Source of the DNA: Camelus dromedarius
Lineage: Eukaryota
Direction: 5' to 3'
NCBI RefSeq assembly: GCF_036321535.1
Contig: NC_087436.1
Coordinates: forward strand, 9,424,001 to 9,488,000
Length of the DNA: 64,000 nt
Notes under the pieces: model-generated
Told to the model about the DNA's origin: nothing
Databases searched by the model: none
The model's input: only the letters and a program-made list of their open reading frames with translations
Made by a program: the position numbers and the translations under genes
Shown: positions 58,178 to 64,000 of the stretch, one piece after another
Layout of the letters: each line of letters begins with the position of its first letter
How positions within the stretch are numbered: the first letter of the stretch is position 1

Positions 58178-58255
58178 CTTTTAAGTTGAAGTATAGTTGA
58201 TTTACAATGTTGTGTTAGTTTCTGGTGTACAGCATAGTGATTCAGTTATTTATAC

Positions 58256-58294
<39 letters not shown>

Positions 58295-58628
58295 TATACA
58301 CACACACTCACATTATTTTTCATCATAGGTTATTATAAGATATTGGATATAGTTCCTTGTGCTATACACAAGGTCCTTGTTATTTATTTATTTTGTATAT
58401 AGTAGTGTTTGTCTATTAATCTCAAACTCCTAATCTATCCCACCCCCTCTTTTCAACTTTGGTAACCTCAAGTTTGTTTTCTATGTCTGTGAATCTGTTT
58501 CTGTTTTGCAACTGAGTTCATTTGGGTCATTTTTCAGACTCCACATAAAAGTGATATCATATGATATCTGTCTTTCTCTGTATGTACTTTGAGCATCTCT
58601 AGTTCCATCCATGTTGCTGTAAATGGCC
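58178..58628 (-). mobile_element. LINE-1 3' end with (TA)n(CA)n
   Basis: 'ttgaagtatagttgatttacaatgttgtgttagtttctggtgtacagcatagtgattcag'. Confidence 0.88.
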
Positions 58629-58844
58629 ACCCTATCACTGATGAGTCTTTGTCTAGTACGCCTTCGTGTATCACATCAGCCTTCTCTTTTTTGGAAGACA
58701 GAAGTAGAAAGCAGCATCCTCGAATTTCTCCTGACAGTTGTAAAATTTCACTAAAAATATGGATGATTGCCCCTTGTGGACTAATATTTAAAGTAATGTT
58801 TTATTGTACCTCCTTCCTTATATTAATAGCATCTTTCAATCAGA

Positions 58845-59066
58845 GACTAGGTATGTAAAAAAGATAAACAAGATTATACTGTATAGCCCAGGGAAATATA
58901 TACAAGACATTATGGTAGCTCACAGAGGAAAAAATGTGACAGTGAATATATATATGTTCATATATAACTGAAAAATTGTGCTCTACACTGGAATTTGACA
59001 CAACATTGTAAAACGATTATAAATCAATAAAAAATGTCAAAAAAGTTAAATAAAAAGATAAAAAAG
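58845..59066 (+). mobile_element. LINE-1 3' tip (different subfamily)
   Basis: 'agataaacaagattatactgtatagcccaggg..ctctacactggaatttgacacaacattgtaaa..tcaataaaaaa'. Confidence 0.8.
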
Positions 59067-61094
59067 TATACATGGGAAATGTGACCATAGATCATCCCAA
59101 AGAACAGTGTGAGTGCTTGTTAAAAACGTGGAGGGATGGTTGGATAAACTACCTTCTGCTGGGTCCAATTAAGTCCTTCAGAATCTCCCAGGCTGACACC
59201 AGATGGCTAATCAAGAATCAAGGAAGAAGAAATTCTGAAATGTCTCCTTTCTTATTTCACACACACTGGCCCAAATTCCCTATCGTAACTGAAAAAACAA
59301 ACCCAAACACTGTTGTCAGAGACAACAGTGCCCTGGCAAGGAGCAAGGACTCGGACTATTTGAGGAAAGTTGATTCACTGCATTTCACTTCGTTGTGGTG
59401 GAGTGCTTTTCACTTGTTTTAATCAAGTCTGTGATTTAGGGACAGTTGAAAGCAGCTATCAAAAATACTGTCACTTCATTCAAGGGTTCTCAAAATGTCA
59501 AAGTCTCTATTTAAACTTTCACAGCTTTACTCTATACATAAAACATCAAAAAAATTTAAATATGTGTAATTTCACATGAAGTGGTGCACATTACTATCAT
59601 AGTACTACGTTCAAGGGCCCATTAGGCAATTAGAAGCTTATAGAATTATTTGTAATATTTTCTATAATATGTGACTTATATCTCTTTTTTTTTTTTTGAG
59701 GATAAATGCTCTCCATTTCTTACTAGAATCAAAAGCCATTTAAAATGACATATCTTTTTATATTACAGTGAGATCTAAACGTATCATCATTCTTTAAAAG
59801 TTTTTTTTTACATGATTATACGTTTTCAAGGAAACTCACAAAGGAATTTGTAGAACACTGATTTTTCATGGAATTTGGCCAGTGCTTTTGCACCAAAAGA
59901 AAGATTATTCATCCTACTCTACAAAATCTGTTGTTTCTATCACATATTTAATTTGGTTAAAAAAGTCTAACTGATCTATACCACATATTTCTTTGTGTCA
60001 AATACAAATTTTAAGAAGCAAATTTTAGTGATGTATCTATTATCTTATTCAAGTGCAAGAAGTCCTGAAATTTCTGTAATGGGACAACCGAAATTTGAGA
60101 CATTTTGCCAGTGTGTACTAGAAGTGCAGTTATAAGCCTTCTATTTGTGTCAGTGTTTTGACATTTCTGGTGGTTATCTTGCCCTGCACTGCACTCATAA
60201 TAAAGGTTTTTTATGTTTTAATTTGTTTTGTTTTGTTTCCTTTTTGGTTAGGTTATTGTAACTATAAAATTTAAATAAGGGCATTAATACAGTTTTCACT
60301 TAGATACCCATTTTATTCCAAGAATAAACCATTTGATGATGATGGTCCAACTGCTACTCAGTTGGTCTGATATGACTTCAACTCAAGTGTATTCAATCTA
60401 GATGAATAACACTTGCCCAAGTGTCAAATTGAGCAGTAAGAGAAGCTATTAGAAAAAGTTTAAATTTCAGCTTAGGTGGTCAACTTTGGTGCTGGTGAAA
60501 TAAGCATCACTCCACATTGTTTTCAAATCATGACCATCTGCTCTAAAATTACGAATCTCTGGTTAGAATATAGAGACTGGCTAAGAAAGTATCTGTAAAG
60601 TTTCAGCGTAGAGTCCTTATCCTCGGGTGCCAAATGCCATAGAACAGAGGCTCTGTCACAGGCTCGCTCCCGAAAGACACGGAGCAATTTTCAAACCTCT
60701 CTTCATAGACTTAGTCCCTGTATTCAGACCTGTGTTTGAGAGATGCAAAGTATACCTCTGTTGGTGGGTTTTTCTGACCTACCCAGTCATTTTTAAAAGC
60801 AAAATTGGGGAAGTGGTTCTTGAGAAACTGAAGTCAATGACCTCTGGATGTCAACCACGGTCTACCATTACCGAACTATCCACATAGTGACTTTAAGAAA
60901 AATAGTAAAAAATGTCCCATAAAAGTGGGCCCAGAGTAGGGCTGGTGGGGCCAAGACTGGATTTCAGGGGCCCTCACTTGGCCCCTTCTGGTCATTATAA
61001 CTTGCAAAACCCAGACTGTCATTGTAGGCAATTTGGGATTTGTAAAGGCCAACACCCAGAATAATCCTCTCAGCAACTGAGAAAACTAGGGACT

Positions 61095-61470
61095 TTATTA
61101 TTATTATTATTGTTGTTGTTGTTGTTATTGTTATTATTATTATTATTATTTTATTATTTTAGTTTTGTTAAGCAAAAATTGACACACAACACCATATAAC
61201 TTTAAAGTGTACAGCACAATAGCTTGACATATTGCAAAATGATTACCACAGAAGTTTAGTTAACATCCATCATCTCATATAGATAACAAAATGAAAAAAC
61301 AAAAACAAAAGAAAAAGCATGTTTTTAACTTCTGATGAGAACTTCTAGGATTTACTCTCTCAGCAATTTTCAAAGGTACCATACAACAGTGTTAACTATG
61401 GTCACTGTGGTGTATTTGACATCCCCAGTATGTATTTAGTTTACAACTGGAAGTTTGTACCTTTTGACAA
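61095..61470 (-). mobile_element. LINE-1 3' end with a (TTA/TTG)n tail
   Basis: (TTA)n at 61095-61160, 'gtttagttaacatccatcatctcatatagat', 'actggaagtttgtaccttttgac'. Confidence 0.85.
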
Positions 61471-62539
61471 AGGGGGGACTTTTTAATCTCCTTGAGAAGA
61501 GCTGACTAATACCATCAGTCTGTAGATGTATGCATGTAGACATGCACATAGAAGTGTGGTCACAGACAATTAGAGATAATCAGTGCATTTCATACTGCTG
61601 TCATTGTAATAAAGCAATTGAGATAGATGCTTGCCCGAAGGGAAGGGCAGGGTACACAGATATGTGGGGAAAGAAATATTCCAGGCAAGGGCATATGGGA
61701 TGGAAATGAGAACAATGAAGACTATTTTGAGAAAAAATTCAGATAAGCTTCTGAATTTGCTCCCTTTAGGAAGGTGCTGAAATCTTGAGATAAATTATCA
61801 ACAAATTAAAAAAAATAGTTTTAATAATTCTAATTGCTTTAGTCTGTCCCTTTTACACCTTGCTTAGCAGTGCTTTGGAATCCAGTTGTGCTCTCAAAAT
61901 TGTTTATGCTGCAAATTTATCACAAAAAATTCCCTGCTAAAGGAAATAAAATTTTGTGTATTTAAAACTCTGCCTACGATTCCTTTTTCCACTGAAAAAT
62001 GTTTTAGAATGTGAATTTTCAAATATATAATTATCATTTTAAATGAGATGATTTAAAAAAAAGAAACTATCACATTATGGTAGAGCAAACTTTGTTTTGC
62101 TTTAATGACATTATTTCACTTAACTTTCTGTTCTTCCCCTTGTCCCCTAAAGTTCTAAAGCGTGGTTCACTGTGGCAGCTGCTGTCTCTACCCAGAATCC
62201 TTCTCTCCAAATGTTTGCCGGGGTCGCTTCTCATACTTCAGACCTCTACACAAACAGCTCTGTTCAACGAAGTGTTCCTTGACTATTACTGAGTCTATTT
62301 AAAAATGCAACTTGGCTTCTCCATTCCCCTCTTCCTTTTTCCCCCCATTTTAATTGTAATTGTCATGCATGACAGTTACGTATGTTTTATTTATTACTCT
62401 GTCATTCAAAAGGCAGCCCATTGGAAGACATTCCACAGGGCGTAAGAATGTAAATTGTTCTTAACCACAGAATATACTGGAGATATTTTCATACCTCTCA
62501 ACAAAACAACCAGTGAAGAAATTATTCCCAAAGGCTCTT

Positions 62540-62918
62540 GTGCATGGGAGGCTCATGTGATCAACTCCTGACCAATAGAATGCAATGGTCAGATGAAACG
62601 CTGCTGAAATCTCTTTAAAACAGGGCAAGACTATTTCACCCTTGATTTTTCAGTTCATCTTGCCTGGAATAAGAACTCATCGCTGGAAATGGAGCAACTG
62701 ACTTATAATCATTATGTAAGAAGTGTGAGGACAAAGCCACATGCTAAGGATGGTTGAGCAGAAAGACAGATTGGACCTAAATCATTGATGCTGTTGGCAC
62801 TAGACTTCCCTTTTGCGGACTCCCTTGTTATGTGAGAATATCAGCCCCTCACCTGATTAAGCCATTGTTATTTGGGTTCTCTATTACAGAGAGTCAAACA
62901 CAAATCCCAGCCAATGCA
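62540..62918 (+). mobile_element. Old MaLR LTR (MLT1-like)
   Basis: 'tgaccaatagaatg', 'tgcctggaat', 'atgctaaggatgg', 'ttaagccattgttatttgggttctctattac'. Confidence 0.6.
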
Positions 62919-63588
62919 AACCTAAAAAAAAAAACAACTCACAAAGCGCTGCCTTCTTCCTGAATTCCAAATGATCCTCTGCCTGAGAGCTGCACTCTAG
63001 AATGATAAATTTTTGCCATCAGTTTACATAGAAAATATATTGCACAATGTTATGTATTTTATTTTATGATCAATACTTTACGGAGACATAGGAAAGTTGC
63101 ATAACTTGATAGAAAGAGCAAGCCACCAGGATTAGAATGTGCACATTTGACCTAAAGTTTTGCTAATGGGTAGCCCAGGACTGCAAAATGATCATATAAT
63201 CCCTCTGTGTCTCAGCGTCATCCTCTGCAAAATTATGAGATTGAACACACATTCCTCTGAAGTCTTTTCTAGCTCTAAAGCTATAGGATCATTTCTGGGC
63301 TGCTCGACACCTTGAGCTTCAGATGGTGATTGTAAAGGTCTGCATTAAGAGTAATGCTGTGGAGTGAAATTAGCCCAGAATGGCCAACTTTAATTTAGAT
63401 GATTTGGTTCCTCTTTCATCCCCACAAAATACAGTGTGAAGGCTTTATGTTGGATATTTAATGCTTTGTTCACCAAGTTAGGGCGCCATTGTAACCCTTC
63501 CTAATGACACCTGCTGTCTTCTATTGGTGATTTTCTAAACTATTGCTGGCAGATTGGATTGTGCCCGCTACATCCGTTTTTAGCGCAT

Positions 63589-63601
63589 GGTCAAATTGAC
63601 C
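63589..63601. promoter_or_regulatory. Consensus estrogen response element (IR3)
   Basis: GGTCA-AAT-TGACC is an exact match to GGTCAnnnTGACC. Motif only. Confidence 0.4.
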
Positions 63602-64000
63602 CGGTGCAATGTCTTTGTTGCTGAGAGTGAAAAGTTGTCAGGTATTTGTCAAAAACTATTTGTCAGACTGAAGAAGAGCTGAGAAAATCTAATTAGAAAC
63701 ATTTTATAAAGCAAATACTCTGAGTCATTCCCAAGCTGTTTTTCAGTATGACATTCTAGAAATCTCACGCCATTGCCTTATGAAATGGCGATTACACTGC
63801 TGGAAAAGTGACCTCCAAATTTCCACCTTCTTTTGTACCAGCTCCATCCCAAAAGTCCAGGGCACAGTGTGGCACAGAGTAGACATTCAAGAAATAGTTT
63901 TTGAATTGAATTTCATAAAAATGATTGAGTTCTTACTATTGCCTCTTGGGAAGAAAATTGGCTATATTTAGGGCAGATCATTCCCAAATTTAAAAACAAT

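Overview
AT-rich, CpG-depleted, repeat-rich mammalian genomic DNA, most likely camelid (alpaca, llama or camel) judging by the tRNA-derived SINEs and L1 3' ends. I cannot support any intact protein-coding gene, rRNA, functional tRNA or CRISPR array, so the window looks intergenic or deep intronic. The main structure is a nested insertion stack at about 41.2-47.7 kb. A decayed L1 (5'UTR, ORF1, partial ORF2) carries (i) a processed SUCLG1 pseudogene, itself split by a 690-bp ERVK-like solo LTR with a perfect 6-bp TSD, (ii) a second LTR in its 5'UTR and (iii) a SINE. The rest is L1 3' fragments, L2, MaLR/ERV LTRs and microsatellites. Several non-repetitive, motif-dense stretches could be enhancers, including four CTCF-like motifs in divergent orientation and one perfect ERE. 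I found no convincing previously undescribed biological system. Repeat family names come from recalled consensus features rather than a search, and the boundaries of old repeats are approximate.
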